A stretch of DNA of 64,000 nucleotides from Phoronis australis (taxonomy: Eukaryota; Animalia; Phoronida). The stretch spans positions 48,977-112,976 of the forward strand of contig NMRA01000609.1 in assembly GCA_002633005.1 (NCBI GenBank). Direction: 5' to 3'. The stretch's first letter is position 1. Each line of letters starts with the position of its first letter. A program made the translations under genes and the position numbers. Below are positions 12,101 through 24,300 of the stretch, one piece after another. The notes beneath the pieces were generated by a model, which made no database searches, had not been told where the DNA came from, and saw nothing but the letters and a program-made list of their open reading frames with translations.

Positions 12101-15100
12101 CGCAACTTCAACACTTGGTATGGAGATAACTCCCGACACCAGAATGCTTGTTACATAGAAGGCGAAGTTGCACGCAACAGTTGCTAGGTAGCACTCACTT
12201 TGTATAATGGACATTAGGTGGAGGCCGTGACCTGTGCAGTTCACGGATACTCTCAATCCAGTTGTCGACGGCCTTGGGGTTCTTCTCGGCATTCTCCACG
12301 CTACGCACAACCTGAAGACATAACGTCACGTGACGTTGCACCCAGATCCTTAATAGTTATAATTGATACAAGTGCCAAAATGTATTACATCTAGTGACCA
12401 GGCCCAAGGTCTAATCTTTTTTCTCTAGATCGAACTCAAAATCATTCTTGCCATTTTCTATTCTACACTTGTGCGAGCTTGAGATGAGTGTCTATTATTC
12501 TCCTTTTAATGACAGAAATTATATTTACATTAGGCTTATCTTTATGATACTTCGTACTTAATGAACCCACCACTGAGGGTAAAAGTTTGAGTGTGAACTC
12601 GAAATTTCATATTGTTACTCGAAATATCAAGTTTTTACTGGATTTTTAGCTCGAATTTTGGACAAATCAATGGTATAAACTATTAATTTACTCAAGCAAA
12701 GAATAACATGCACTTATCTGAGTATACACAAAATTAGCAAGGAAGATTTCAAAACTAGTTATGAGTTCGATTTCGAGTACAAACTAAAGATAAGATCCTG
12801 GGCCTAGACTTTCTGTAGTTTTCTTCTTTTGGCAAAATTAAGTATTGGTTGGACTGCTATTCAACCTAGACTTGAAGTGGCATCTTTTAAGACAAGGTTT
12901 AAACAAGGTTAAAACAAGCATATGAAGTCACGAAAATTTCGTCCAGCCTAACTTTAACAGAGACTTTCTGCACAGGCATCTGTACCAGCAAACAAGCTGA
13001 GTTAGCCTTGCATTCTGACTGAGTTAAGGAGAGCAAGTTTCTCAAGAGTTTGTCAATGCAACGTAATACCACGCAAAATCACGCGAGTGAAAGGCGAGTG
13101 TCTCACGAGTAAGTTTGAGGCTTTCCTCGCATATACTAGCAAAAATGGCCATCACTGAAGTAGTCAAGCACAATGGTCATTGAAGATTTAGGTAGATGAG
13201 GCTGAAACCTTGAATTGCTGGGATAGAATCCACTGTTTTCATTCCACAAGCAGATTTATCACTGCAAGTGCTTCACGAGTCTCTTGAGTTTATGATACGC
13301 ACCCATGGTCTACACCTGCGTGCAGTGCTCCCTGTCATGACCTTCAGGCTTGTCTGTACTAGTGTGCAGTTCTACTTACCATGGCCTTCAGGTTGGTCTG
13401 TTTAGAGATGGCCCTCAGTTGTAGGTCAAGCACCGTAGGATCAGACTGTTTGGCACACGGCTCGTCAAGTACTTGCAGGCCAATAGTGTCCGGCTTACCA
13501 TCTGGTCTGGTTACCTGCAGATCGAAAATGCAAATAAAAAATAAAGTCAGTGAAAAGACAACATTTTGTCAAATTCATCAAGTTTTCTGTACGTACTTGC
13601 GAACGGCATTTTTCCAAAACAGTCCTTACAAACAATCTAATAACTTAACACCTGTTATCTGGTCTGGTGATATTATTAACCCGTCAAGTGGATAACTTTT
13701 TATTACTTCACGTATGAACAGGAAGTGGTCAAAAAACTTATTAAGGACAATCACAGCTGATACGCGACAATCTTACAGATAACACGTTACTAAACATTAA
13801 AATAAGCTATTTTTAAATTTTCTCGCATCAAGGAAATTGCATTCATGATTAATTGTGACATGCAGTGCTATGAAAGGAGACGCATGTACTGTGAGTGCTA
13901 TGAAAGGAGATACAAGTAAAAATAGGTCTACATGTCAGAAAGTGATGAATGACATTCATATGCACTCAAACTTGCCCGTCATAAAAAATGAGGGAGATTC
14001 CATTATTCCCACATGAGAAATACACTGCACAAGCACGCTAATTCCCTTGCACTTTGCCCATGAATGAAAAGATTTCCCTTATTTGGCACCACAAGCAGGG
14101 CGACTCCACAACATTTTGCCCAGCAAACAAATTCACTAGTACAATGATGACAAGTGAAACGTACAAAGATAAAATGTCTGAATTTTTTATGAGAAGAAAT
14201 TAAAAGTGCTCAAAATATGCAATTGTAGAATAGACTAAAAATTAGTCTCCAGCTATACAAACTAAAAATTGGTCTCCAGGTGCACCCTAACTACTACAAC
14301 ACCGTTATGATAACTCCCACCAGTAGACCATCATACCTTGATGAAGGCGTCAATGTCCCCGACAGCGGGTATAAAGTCTGGTATGAACGGCTTCAATTTA
14401 TGGTCCAGCTCAATCGACTGTGGAGTGTACCTGCCAACATGACAACAACACGTGAGTCATGGGAATTACCAACTTTATGACTCCAGTGCGAACAGCTGTT
14501 AGTAAAGAACAAATTTTATACTTTTAGACAGTCGGTGTTTATTCATGTAAACAAAAGGACACGTTGTCATCAACTGAAAAAAGGCTCACTGATGTCAGAA
14601 CCCTTCAATTCCAAACACAAGTCAATGGGGAGCATTTGAAACCATAATATCACTTTAATTAAAATAAATTTAACTGTTCTGAGAGTGCATTTAAATGAGA
14701 GGAAAAAAGAATCACCCAAAATAACAAATATATTTTTGTGGCACTATTTCAAAACTAGGATACATATTTAACAAATTGTATGCTTGAATAAAGGTCGGCA
14801 GCCTGAAGTCTGGAACCAAGTGCACTGTCTGAGGTCAACGTTCCGTCCAGCAACCCTTACCTTGATATGTATTGAAACAGATCCTTGATATCCGGTGACA
14901 CAGACAAGTGTTCGTAGTCTGCAGGATCATACGCTCTGTAAATAAATGTAGTTTAGATCACAGCAACAAGCAAGTGCCTCTGGGTCTGCTGTTGGTCATT
15001 CATATTCATATTCATTTAATATTTAAATTCATCGAGGAAAAGTAATTTTTTTGATGCAACTGTCATGCTTTGATAGATGAAGTTGTCGCGACTAACTAGC

Positions 15101-18100
15101 TAAAAATGAACTAAATTTTCACAACCGTTTTGGGGACAACCAAGTACAATGCAGGGCACGTATATCAAATAACAGAACACATTGTTCTTCAAATAAATTT
15201 CAGTAGTTCAGAAATTCGTCAATAAGACAAACATCACCATATTATATTTAACAGTGGTGAAGATGTAAGCTCTTTGAACATTCATCAATAATTCTGAACT
15301 TTTTTCCCAAAAGCGTTCACTAGAAACGATAAAGACATATACATGTGATAAAATATTGCTCACGCGTCACAGTACAAAATATTCAAATGGGATGCCTACC
15401 CTTCTAATTGGGTGTTATTGTCGTCGTCATCATCTTCATCATCATCATCATCGTCCCCCTCGCTCGATTCCTCATCTTCATCCTCATCGCCATCGAAACT
15501 CTGACCTGTCATCGATGTTGGCGCTTGCTGCTGCTTCAGCTGCTGCTGAGGGTTCACTTGCGGAGTTGTGTCCCCTTCTGATTGTGTTTGCTGCGGAGAA
15601 AACAAAAGGCACGGCACATGACATCTGTGCTTTGAATATTCTGCCAGACTTTCTCTCACATTGAAACCATCTCTTTTATCCATGAGTCTGTGAGACAGAA
15701 GTCGTCGTAGAGCTCCAAAGTGGGAGAAAGTCTCACAAATTACCCACTACGAATAAAACCCAGTTTTGTGCTAAAAAGAAGATAAAATGGAATTACGACA
15801 TCACCACAGATTTCTAAAACTAAAATTAAATGTTTCGGATCTATATTGAGGTGTCACAGGTGCTGATCCAGAAAGGGGAAGCCTTTCTGACCAGCACCAT
15901 AATTAGTATTGCTTGAAATCTCAAGCATATTTCTCTACCGTCGGACCATCTCTAGCCATGATCTCACATTTGCGCTTGCATCTAATGACACTTCACATAC
16001 ATTTGGTTGCCTTGGCTTCTCCTGGTCATCCATTTATCAATTCACACTGATCTATATCAATAATCAATACTCTCCAATTCACAGGGTAACTCACGTCATC
16101 ATACCCTACCTGACCAGGTTGGGCATTAGGGCCAGCGTCAAACTCATCATCAGAATTTTGGTCGTCCATCCTCGAATCCGGTGGAGTGTTACCACGGCTA
16201 CGCCCGCGGTCTAGGAAACAAAAGACAAATTGTAATTACCATAGTGCAAAGAATCCAACAATCAGTCCTCAAGAGTCTTAGCACTAAAAGAATGGAAGAC
16301 AAATTGACTCTCAACGTGCTTGACAAAAACCAATGTCAGCCAAGTTTTTGAAAAAATGGCATCTAATTTACCCAAAAAGAATTTCGTTCTGGATATTGCC
16401 ACCGTTCCAACACTTCGTTTGAATGTAAAATACAAATTACAATGTACATAGAATCAAGCGTTTTTAACACAATTTTCGAATTGTTAATAAAAAGAGTTGG
16501 AAAATTCTCTCTAAAGAACTCTCAAGAATTTTAGTCTGTATGTTTTGAAGTGTAACTCAGGAATAAAATAAAAAGGGTGAAGACATCATGTAACAGAGAA
16601 GGAGGAAAATACAAAGCAAAGGGATTAAGTGAAATTTTAAGAATGCTCATAAGTGTTGGTGCCTCAGGTGAATGCATTGCATGACTGTGTCGACCAGAGT
16701 GCTGTTGCAGTCATCGCTAAACCTCATTTGGCAAACAAGGTGCGACAGTTTTTAAGAGTTCACGATATTTCTAGTCTTTTTCAGCTGGAACATACAAGCC
16801 CTTTCATACAAAGACACTGTATACTCGGTTTTTACAATATACAAGAATTACAACCAAAAAGCCGTATAGTTACGACTGTGCAATAATCACCAGTGTTAAC
16901 ATTCTCTAACTACTACCATTGAAACATGCTGAAAATGTGCACAACATGTAGTCTGACAGAATTCATACTCACTGAAGACGGATGTCTTATCTGACAACAA
17001 ACAATGACAAGTGAATTAACAGCCACTGTGTCTCTAAGTTATTTAATAAACATGTCCTCGGGATACAGAAAGCCTAGCCAACCAAACAGAGAAATGAAGG
17101 TGCCCTAGGCCAGGTGGAGACACTTAGCGAAAATGAATTACGGTTATGCAGCATATTACTGACAAGTCTGTTACTCAGTCAAATATCTGGAAAAGTATTG
17201 ATTTTAAATCAGCAAAGGTAGATATTTTCTGAAAGAAAAAATCTTAGAGAATTTAACTTTTGACTTGATGCCACTCTACTCTGCCATTAATTGAGTCATG
17301 TGACCATGTTGTTTTAGTCGTATCAACAGCATGACCGAAATCTATAAATATTCAATAAAGCGAAATCTCAAAAATGACTATAAACTTTTTTTTAAAATTA
17401 CCTCATTTTCGTTTCATACAACTTCAAAATTTGTTCATACATTCAAGTCTTTAAAGACCGCTTATGCAAAAGTGTAAAATTATTTGTTATCAGCATTTTG
17501 GTATTTAAAGAAGTATGTATCAAAGCTGGTTTGTGTGTCAGAAGGCTTGCTTATAGCAGGTAAAGAGTAACACAGTTGGTCAGGTAAATAGAAGTATATC
17601 TACCTCCAGGTAAAGGGACTCGCGGACTTGGTGTGTAGATGCTAGCTACCTCTTCAGAGTCGGGCACTTCCAGAGATTCGTCGTATGGCTGGTTTTGGTG
17701 TATTTTCGCCTGCAAAGAAACTTAACATGCCAATAAAGAAACTTAACACATTGTGAATCTTTGTGCTCCAATCGGCTGCTAGTCGATCAGAGACAAGAAA
17801 TAATCCAGTGACAGTGCATTTGCATTGGTCGGCAGATGATGACAGACACTAGAAATCTCTTGAAAAACACTTAATTATGTGTGCTCAAGTCCGCAGTCGA
17901 ATCAGCAGTCACCAGTTGTAAAAATTCCGCATCATCAGAACTTTAATCATACGGTGAGCTCACCACGGACATACTGATATCCAATTGTCGATGCCGGCAT
18001 AGACTATATATGAGGCCAGTGATGGACTCTTAATTTAATTTCAGTAAACCACTGTCACTGTCATTCAAACATCACCCAATAATATAAGATCTTTAAATCC

Positions 18101-20677
18101 TTACTTCCGAATCGGTTGTCACACTTTCTTGTTTCAAAACTCGGCAAAACCGTTTATTTTTAAGACATCAACTGACTGACTGATGCTATTTTTAGATAAT
18201 ATGGCTTCCAAAACCACACAAATTATCATCTTTAGGCAAGATATACGGGACTTTCACTCAATCTAAAAATAGTTTGCAATGGCAGGCTTCGCACTGGAGT
18301 GCGTGGAGTCAAGTCAGTTTCAGCGTTTTTCGTTTGGCATCTTACTGTAAAGCTGCACAAAATGGTCCAGCCAAAGTGAATGAAAAATGGCCGACGAATC
18401 TCCCAAACAATCATTCAGAGCGGAAAAAAACAAAAAGACTCAAATAAGCCTTGTACAGACTGCAAAAAGAATCAGAAACAAATAAAAGTACAGATACGGC
18501 TATTCAGAACTCAAGAGTCCTCGAAAGATACATCCAATTAATACGTAACTTCGATGGACTCTCTAGGGTTCAGCGTAATTAGCATAAAATCTTGTGGCTT
18601 AGCATTAGCGTACCCACCATCGACATTGGAACCAAGATTGGTAGAGTATCCATATTTAACAGCGTACCTACGATCGATACCATCGTGACTTTCATTGAAT
18701 AAACAATTATTTAACGGTCTCACTCTAACCATGTACTACACTGAATTTCATTCAAGCCTCAGACACAAACACCTTGCACTGCACGCATGTCATATTGTTT
18801 ACTGAATCGCCTGTGCACAACTTCTTGATTTTCTGAGGCCGGGTTCAACAACTTGAAGTAGCACAGGATGTAGACGACTGGGAAGTATCCATTTTTGAAA
18901 AATTAGCAAATTTGAATCATCAAAAATAGAAAAATGATTCTAAAAATTCATTGAATTACAACTTGTCAGGCAATCACTACAACTTCTAAAGACACACTTA
19001 GGGAAACGTCGACTTGTGGGGTGTTGATAATGTGTACACACTTTTGTGAGCCAAGGGACTACATCACTTTTAAAATTTTATTCCCTCGACCGATTTTCAA
19101 TTAGGTGACATCCATGAAAAGCCCAGGTAACATATTTTATTATATTGACTAATCTTCTCCAGAAATATCACAGAATATGGAAGTGAAATATGTTAAAAAG
19201 GTGTCAAAAATGAGAACACTTGTAACTTTGATGGTTTAATTCGTATGAGTCATAAGTCGTCGAAAAGCTTCCGGCATATAAAGGCCCCATGGGAGCATCA
19301 GTGTCGTTACAGCTAAGTACAGATGGCGACAGTGTCTATAATGCTAGTTGAGACAGCGGGACTGTCAAACGCAATATTAGCCATGGTACAAAGCTGTATA
19401 CTAAATATATCTTGCACCAATGTGGGTAAAAAAACTTAACTGATGACAAAAAATTACACTTTTCCTACAGTTATTCTGCACTAAATTTGTGAAGCGATCT
19501 TATACATCGGCTTTCAGCACCATAAAATATAGCGTCACCTATTGCCATTGGCCAGTTTCGTTTTTCACTTCAATTATTTAATCAACTTTTTCATCTTCCA
19601 CAAGGTTGCATAAATGTCCCGAGCGTACTGATTTCAAAACAGTGCCGGACATTACATAAAATCTTACTTGAAGCATAAACTGAGAAATATATGACACAAA
19701 TTTTTGTTCCGCTGTAATGCATTCAATGTCCGGCACTGTCTTGATTTTTTCTAGCGTTGCCTCGTTTTGATTTTACCGAGAGGGTGCAATTTAGAATCCC
19801 AAGTTAGCCTAAAATGGACGATCGTATAAATCGGTTATAAATGTTGAAAACAAAATCTTTTTCCACAATGAAATCATCTAATTGAACTAACAATGTGTCA
19901 CTGTTCCATTTTTTCATTTGTTTTTAAACTCAAGTCAAACCCCGGCCACGCACGTGCGTGTGTCATATATCAAGAAGGCAAGAGATACTAAAAACTTCAA
20001 TGACTTTGCACGCGCTTTAGTCGTCTGCACTGATTCATCGAAACGACTTGGTGCTGTCATTAGCAGCATATGTCAAAACTGCTAACTTGAGTTGAAATTT
20101 GGCTACTTAGGTGCCCGCGGCCATTACTTGGTTAGTCAGTTTTCCGCAGTGTGGCGTATAGGGAAACATGGTGTCCGATATTTAGGTTCTCCGAAGGTTT
20201 GCTAGTTGTGTTTTTTAAAGATCGTCCGATAATTAGGTACACTGTGTAATGGCGTTTATTTTTCTCACATAACCGACTGTAACACTAACACTGTAACAGG
20301 CGAGGTGAGTGTCGAATGACTCCCAGAATTTGCATGCACAAATACAAGAAAGATTCAAAATTCTAAAATCTCTACACCTTATTCCGAAAATCAAGCCAAA
20401 GATGTGTAAATTGTTTGTTGTAGATGCTGCGTTGAAAAGTAAAACAATGTCAACTGCCGTCAGCGAGCACCGCGTCCGCGAGACGGCCTTGACAACGATC
20501 TTTTAAACAACATATTTACTTTCAAAGAACGTAACCAGTACATTTAAAAAAAGTGTTTAGAGCTGGAAATAATGAACAGCATTTATACAGAGATTATGCG
20601 CCACTTTATCAACACGTTATTAGCACACAGGTCAAATTTACACCTACGTTAGAACTCTCCTCATCCAAATCCGCCAT
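9121..20677 (-). CDS. IFT46: Intraflagellar transport protein 46 (IFT-B core), complete 12-exon gene, 378 aa
   Basis: Exons 20677-20648, 17709-17604, 16210-16110, 15590-15400, 14935-14861, 14430-14337, 13514-13380, 12311-12199, 11277-11211, 10948-10888, 9853-9768, 9198-9121. All introns are GT-AG, phases match, total 1137 nt. The translation contains the IFT46 signatures LEGAYDPADYEHL, YTPQSIELDHKLKPFIPDFIPAVGDIDAFIK, LDEP..KQSDPTVL, MQEWP and AILDIPIYKSRVQSLHVLFTLYSEFKNSQHF. Confidence 0.96.
9768..9853 (-). CDS. IFT46: IFT46 exon 11 (AILDIPIYKSRVQSLHVLFTLYSEFKNSQ)
   Basis: ttttcag acceptor, CAG|GTGAGT donor; conserved motif. Confidence 0.97.
10888..10948 (-). CDS. IFT46: IFT46 exon 10 (VGLPSAELDCDLGAYVDMIC)
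   Basis: ttttag acceptor, G|GTAAGA donor; conserved motif. Confidence 0.95.
11211..11277 (-). CDS. IFT46: IFT46 exon 9 (NMPEIDDLMQEWPHDFEELLKE)
   Basis: tttcag acceptor, GTGAGT donor; conserved MP.ID.LMQEW. Confidence 0.96.
11808..11940. repeat. Purine-rich (GGGA/GGAA)n low-complexity tract containing one N
   Basis: Read directly; lies in IFT46 intron 8. Confidence 0.9.
12199..12311 (-). CDS. IFT46: IFT46 exon 8 (VVRSVENAEKNPKAVDNWIESIRELHRSRPPPNVHYT)
   Basis: Canonical splice sites; conserved motif. Confidence 0.96.
12400..12805. mobile_element. MITE with GGCCC...GGGCC terminal inverted repeats
   Basis: aggcccaaggtctaatctt versus reverse complement aggcccaggatcttatctt; internal ctcgaa/ttcgag motifs. 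Confidence 0.6.
13380..13514 (-). CDS. IFT46: IFT46 exon 7 (VTRPDGKPDTIGLQVLDEPCAKQSDPTVLDLQLRAISKQTNLKAM)
   Basis: ctgcag acceptor, ATG|GTAAGT donor, conserved motif. Confidence 0.96.
14337..14430 (-). CDS. IFT46: IFT46 exon 6 (YTPQSIELDHKLKPFIPDFIPAVGDIDAFIK)
   Basis: Canonical splice sites; hallmark motif. Confidence 0.97.
14861..14935 (-). CDS. IFT46: IFT46 exon 5 (AYDPADYEHLSVSPDIKDLFQYISR)
   Basis: Canonical splice sites; near-identical to the conserved IFT46 motif. Confidence 0.96.
15400..15590 (-). CDS. IFT46: IFT46 exon 4, Q-rich and poly-D/E acidic tract ending LEG
   Basis: ttctccgcag acceptor, GG|GTAGG donor; acidic tract precedes LEGAYDPADY as in known IFT46. Confidence 0.93.
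16110..16210 (-). CDS. IFT46: IFT46 exon 3 (DRGRSRGNTPPDSRMDDQNSDDEFDAGPNAQPGQ)
   Basis: tttcctag acceptor, CAG|GTAGGG donor, phase 1 to 0 fits its neighbours. Confidence 0.8.
17604..17709 (-). CDS. IFT46: IFT46 exon 2 (AKIHQNQPYDESLEVPDSEEVASIYTPSPRVPLPG)
   Basis: tttgcag acceptor, G|GTAGAT donor, NQPYDES motif of long IFT46 N-termini. Confidence 0.85.
19634..19744. repeat. 20-bp inverted repeat pair (small MITE-like)
   Basis: tcaaaacagtgccggacatt ... aatgtccggcactgtcttga. Confidence 0.6.
20648..20677 (-). CDS. IFT46: IFT46 coding exon 1 (MADLDEESSN)
   Basis: ATG GCG GAT...AAC|GTAGGT; phase 0 matches exon 2; MAD start resembles vertebrate IFT46; CpG-containing promoter-like region. Confidence 0.7.
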
Positions 20678-21009
20678 TCGGCCATGGAATGTCGCATTGA
20701 ATTCTGGGTATGCATTGATAAAGTTAGGATAAATTCGTCGCTTTAAACACGTTTAGCCAGGGCGTACCAGTTGAGCAAAGAGGATAAATGTTGGTTTATA
20801 AATCCATAATATGTAGCATTTTGCTCTCACTAATTGTCTTAATATCAGAAAATAGGAATTTAGCAATTCATTTGTTGTGACGACTTTTATGCGAAACTAA
20901 ATGATGAAACTCAATGTCGAACCAAATTTGATCGCATTAGGTGGCGCTGTTGTGTAAGGTAAAGGAGTCATCGATTTTGTGCAATATTTTACGTCTGTGT
21001 CTCTCGAGT
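20678..21009. promoter_or_regulatory. Candidate bidirectional promoter IFT46/GRAMD1 with a ZNF143/Staf-like site
   Basis: 332 bp between divergent ATGs; minus-strand TACCCAGAATTCAATGCG at 20710-20693. Confidence 0.5.
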
Positions 21010-21341
21010 ATGAATAAACTCCGCAAAAGAGCGTCATATGATATCTCTAATGATTCGTCTAACTTGAAGGATAGCAAGGAAAATTGTATTCCAATCATTA
21101 GCTCTACAGAGGAATCGGGTAACAAGCTCAAATCTCAGCCTTTCCCTTCACAATCAGAATCGAAATCTGTGACTGTATGTCAACAATCTGTCAAACGAGA
21201 GAGCCAAGAAATTACAACAGAGCACGGGAAAACGCTTCAGATGTCTAGTCCACAACGTGAAATCTCGAGTGTTAAACATGAAGTAATCGCCGCTTCTCTT
21301 CGTTGCAGTAGGAATGAAAAAGACCCTGTCACAATCCAAAG
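21010..21341 (+). CDS. GRAMD1B: Putative most-distal first coding exon of GRAMD1 (MNKLRKRASYDIS...PVTIQR)
   Basis: 110-codon open S/E/K-rich frame ending AAG|GTATGT in phase 2, matching the 42039 and 42559 acceptors; no recognisable homology. Confidence 0.6.
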
Positions 21342-24300
21342 GTATGTCATTATTTTCAATGCATGGACCGGTAAGTGAAGTAAAGTGCCCCCCTTCAAAA
21401 TGGCTACCGGGAACCAGTTTTCACTGAATAACAGATATTGTTGTTATTCAGTGAAAACTGGTTCCCGGCAGACGACAGCCATTTTGAAAAAGAACCCGTT
21501 AATTTCACTTTTACCCCAGGACTCTCTTAGCCTTGGTGTATTAGCTGTATAGCATGTATACAGTTTTGCACCGATTTGGGTAAACAAGTGGCTAAATAAA
21601 ACATGACAGGGAATTAGTGTCGTTGAAAACTACACCTTTCCTTGAATCTACTTTTCTTCTTCCACATTGTTGCATACATGTCACAACAATTTATTAGAAC
21701 TAGTTTCATTCTGTTGTAACTCTTTAGGTCCAGCAAACCGAATTTCAGAGCAAATTTTGGTGCTGCAAAGCTTTCATCATTTCTGGAGACTTGCGGAAAT
21801 GGCATAGACGTGTATCATGAGCATACTGTTTTCAAAAGGACAACAGACTTATTCTTTGTTACAAAAGGCTGTGAATTATGCAAGAAAATGATGTTTTGGA
21901 AGGATTATTAAGATTTTTTTTACTTAAACAGCTGAAACGTTCAAGGTGAATGTTGACGCCAGATTTTGCATGCACCTCCGCTGGTCGTTTGCTCTACATG
22001 TTGATGTAAGTTTCACGACAAGGTGACATGCAGATATCCAAGCTGTGTGAAGTTTCGGGTTCTAACAGAGCTCAACACACATAGCTGTATTTTGACAATC
22101 ATCTTCATACAACTAGCTAACTGGCTAAAATTATGGGACCTTCAGGCCTCGGTCTAAACTGGTTTTACATTCAAATTCCTACTTCTGGATCCTTGAATTC
22201 TTTTTATTCAAAATAATTGCAATTGAAATGATGTACTTTAACCACAGTCACCTCACACCATTGACAACAGTGCTCCTCTATTTCTATGCCTCAAAAAAAG
22301 AATGGTTTTTTTCATTACAATACAGCTGAATCATGACCACGATGAACCTGACCCTAGCCCAATCAACCACGGAAATAACTGGTATCTCTTTGCACTTTGA
22401 AGGAATTGGGAGGATTATATTTAACCCTTTTGTTATATAGCTAGAAGGAATCAACATGAATTAAATAATTTAGATGATGATTTTGTAGTAGGTTTGACTT
22501 CCAAATAATACCTAATAGTAGGATTTATTAATGAGTAAAAATTTGTAAGCTTGTCATTGAAAAACATTTTTTTCAGGTTAGCACCTGTAATAACTGTTCT
22601 GCCGTGTGTTTTCTATGGGTAATGGTGTGATACAACGTGCCCAAATTTTGAGAACCAGTTTTCTCTGCTGAATGACGGTCAGGGTATATCTGACTATTGC
22701 CTTTTCTATGTATGGGGCAATAGAAAATGAGGTAAAATGTCCAGTATTAAAGGCCCACAACGTCTTGGCTCTGTATTCATTTCTATGGAAGAAATATCTT
22801 ACTTGCTATTGAACACCGTCTACTCTTTTTCATAATCAGAAATGGATTTTAAGTGCATTCTATGAAGCCTTATTGTGATATCACGTTATATTGCCTAGCC
22901 ATCGGTAATAAGGAAAGTCAGAATGAGATTTTTTTAGGGGTCATTCAGACTTCCTAATTGCTCAGTAGGGCAAATTTAAGCTTTGTGTCAATGGAAGCTG
23001 AATCATTAATCCTTTGCACTGCTGTCATTCAAGAACATGTTACTAGTAGATTGTTGGCAAAAGTTTTTTTATCAAAATGCTGAAGAGGAAGAGCTCTCTT
23101 AAAGCAAAGTTTGGGGAACTTAAATTGAAGAACACTTCATTGGTACCTCAACCAATCCAGGGGTGAGGAAATGGTTGAAGCATATCAAGAACAACACAAA
23201 GCTGACCTGTGCATCTCGGCTAATGGTAATAAAGTGCCATTACAGAATCATTTTAAAATTATAATAATTTAATTGGGAAAAGATTCAATTCCTGCGATTT
23301 TCTTTTGTTTGTATTTTTCCAGTTTTCGGCTGAAAAGTCAAACTGTTTGCTGTGACGAAGCCAAAGACATTTTAAATTATGTGATAAAAAACAGGTGGAG
23401 GAAAGGAAGTATGGGGGGGGGTGGCTAATAGAATAATGTACTTCATTTTATGGCAAACTTATGCTCAGTCACTGAGCCATGATTTTAAGTCAACTCTTAC
23501 CCAAGTCAATTCATACCCAAATCAAGTCATTATTCTCAACGTCTTGTGGTAATTACTACATTCATACTAATGAAGAAATTAATTAATTTTTTAATTGTTG
23601 CATTGGTAGGTTATTGATCCCTAAGTAGAAAATAAGTCGGCCATGTTCAACAATTAAACGTATTTAGGTGTATCTGACATTAAGCTTTAATTGTGTCTGC
23701 AAGATCAAATGGAATACAAGTCAAGTGTTTGAGTACAAGTCATCGTCTGGGCTGCCTCTGCTCAACGTGGCTAGCAGACGGATGACCTACCCATAACTCA
23801 TTTGACACTGAGGAAATTGAAAGAAATGGAGGTCAGTTCTCAATTTCGTTGACAAATGAAGGAATGTATCGGAAAGCGTTTCGTTTCGATTGCCAGAATA
23901 TTTTTTTGGAGTTAGAACTATTGAAAGACATACGGCCGGCTGAGAATGCCCCTCTATGCTAGAAAGGTACTCATAGCCACCTGACTTTGACAGTTTAATC
24001 AGGGTGAAGGCGTAATTTGCATAAAATCTGCCATTTAGGGCATATTAGGATGTGCAGCTACCTAGGGTACGAGAAGTCTTGAGTTCAATATTTGGCTGGG
24101 GTACGATCTGACCACCAGTGACAATCACACTGGTAAAATCCAATCAGAGAACTGTGTCATGTCAGTAACCAGTAGCCAATGCTCAGTTGACAGATGTCTA
24201 GTAATCCTCTATTTTACTTGGTTTATTTTGCTTCATTCTATTTGTAAAAGAATCAACATTTTGTTCTTATAACCCACATACTGATAACTTTGCACACTGT

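Noticed and set aside
17964-18000. ATG exon MPASTIGYQYVR as IFT46 exon 1
   Set aside because: Available donors give phase 1 or 2, but exon 2 needs phase 0
18105-18180. IFT46 first coding exon at the GAA|GTAAGG donor
   Set aside because: No in-frame ATG before an upstream stop; the 20648-20677 exon fits better
19668-19679. Micro-exon ATG CTT CAA|GTAAG for IFT46
   Set aside because: Phase fits, but it lies inside a small inverted-repeat element with no other support
20683-20697. Out-of-frame upstream ATGs overlapping the IFT46 start
   Set aside because: The transcription start is unknown and they may lie outside the mRNA
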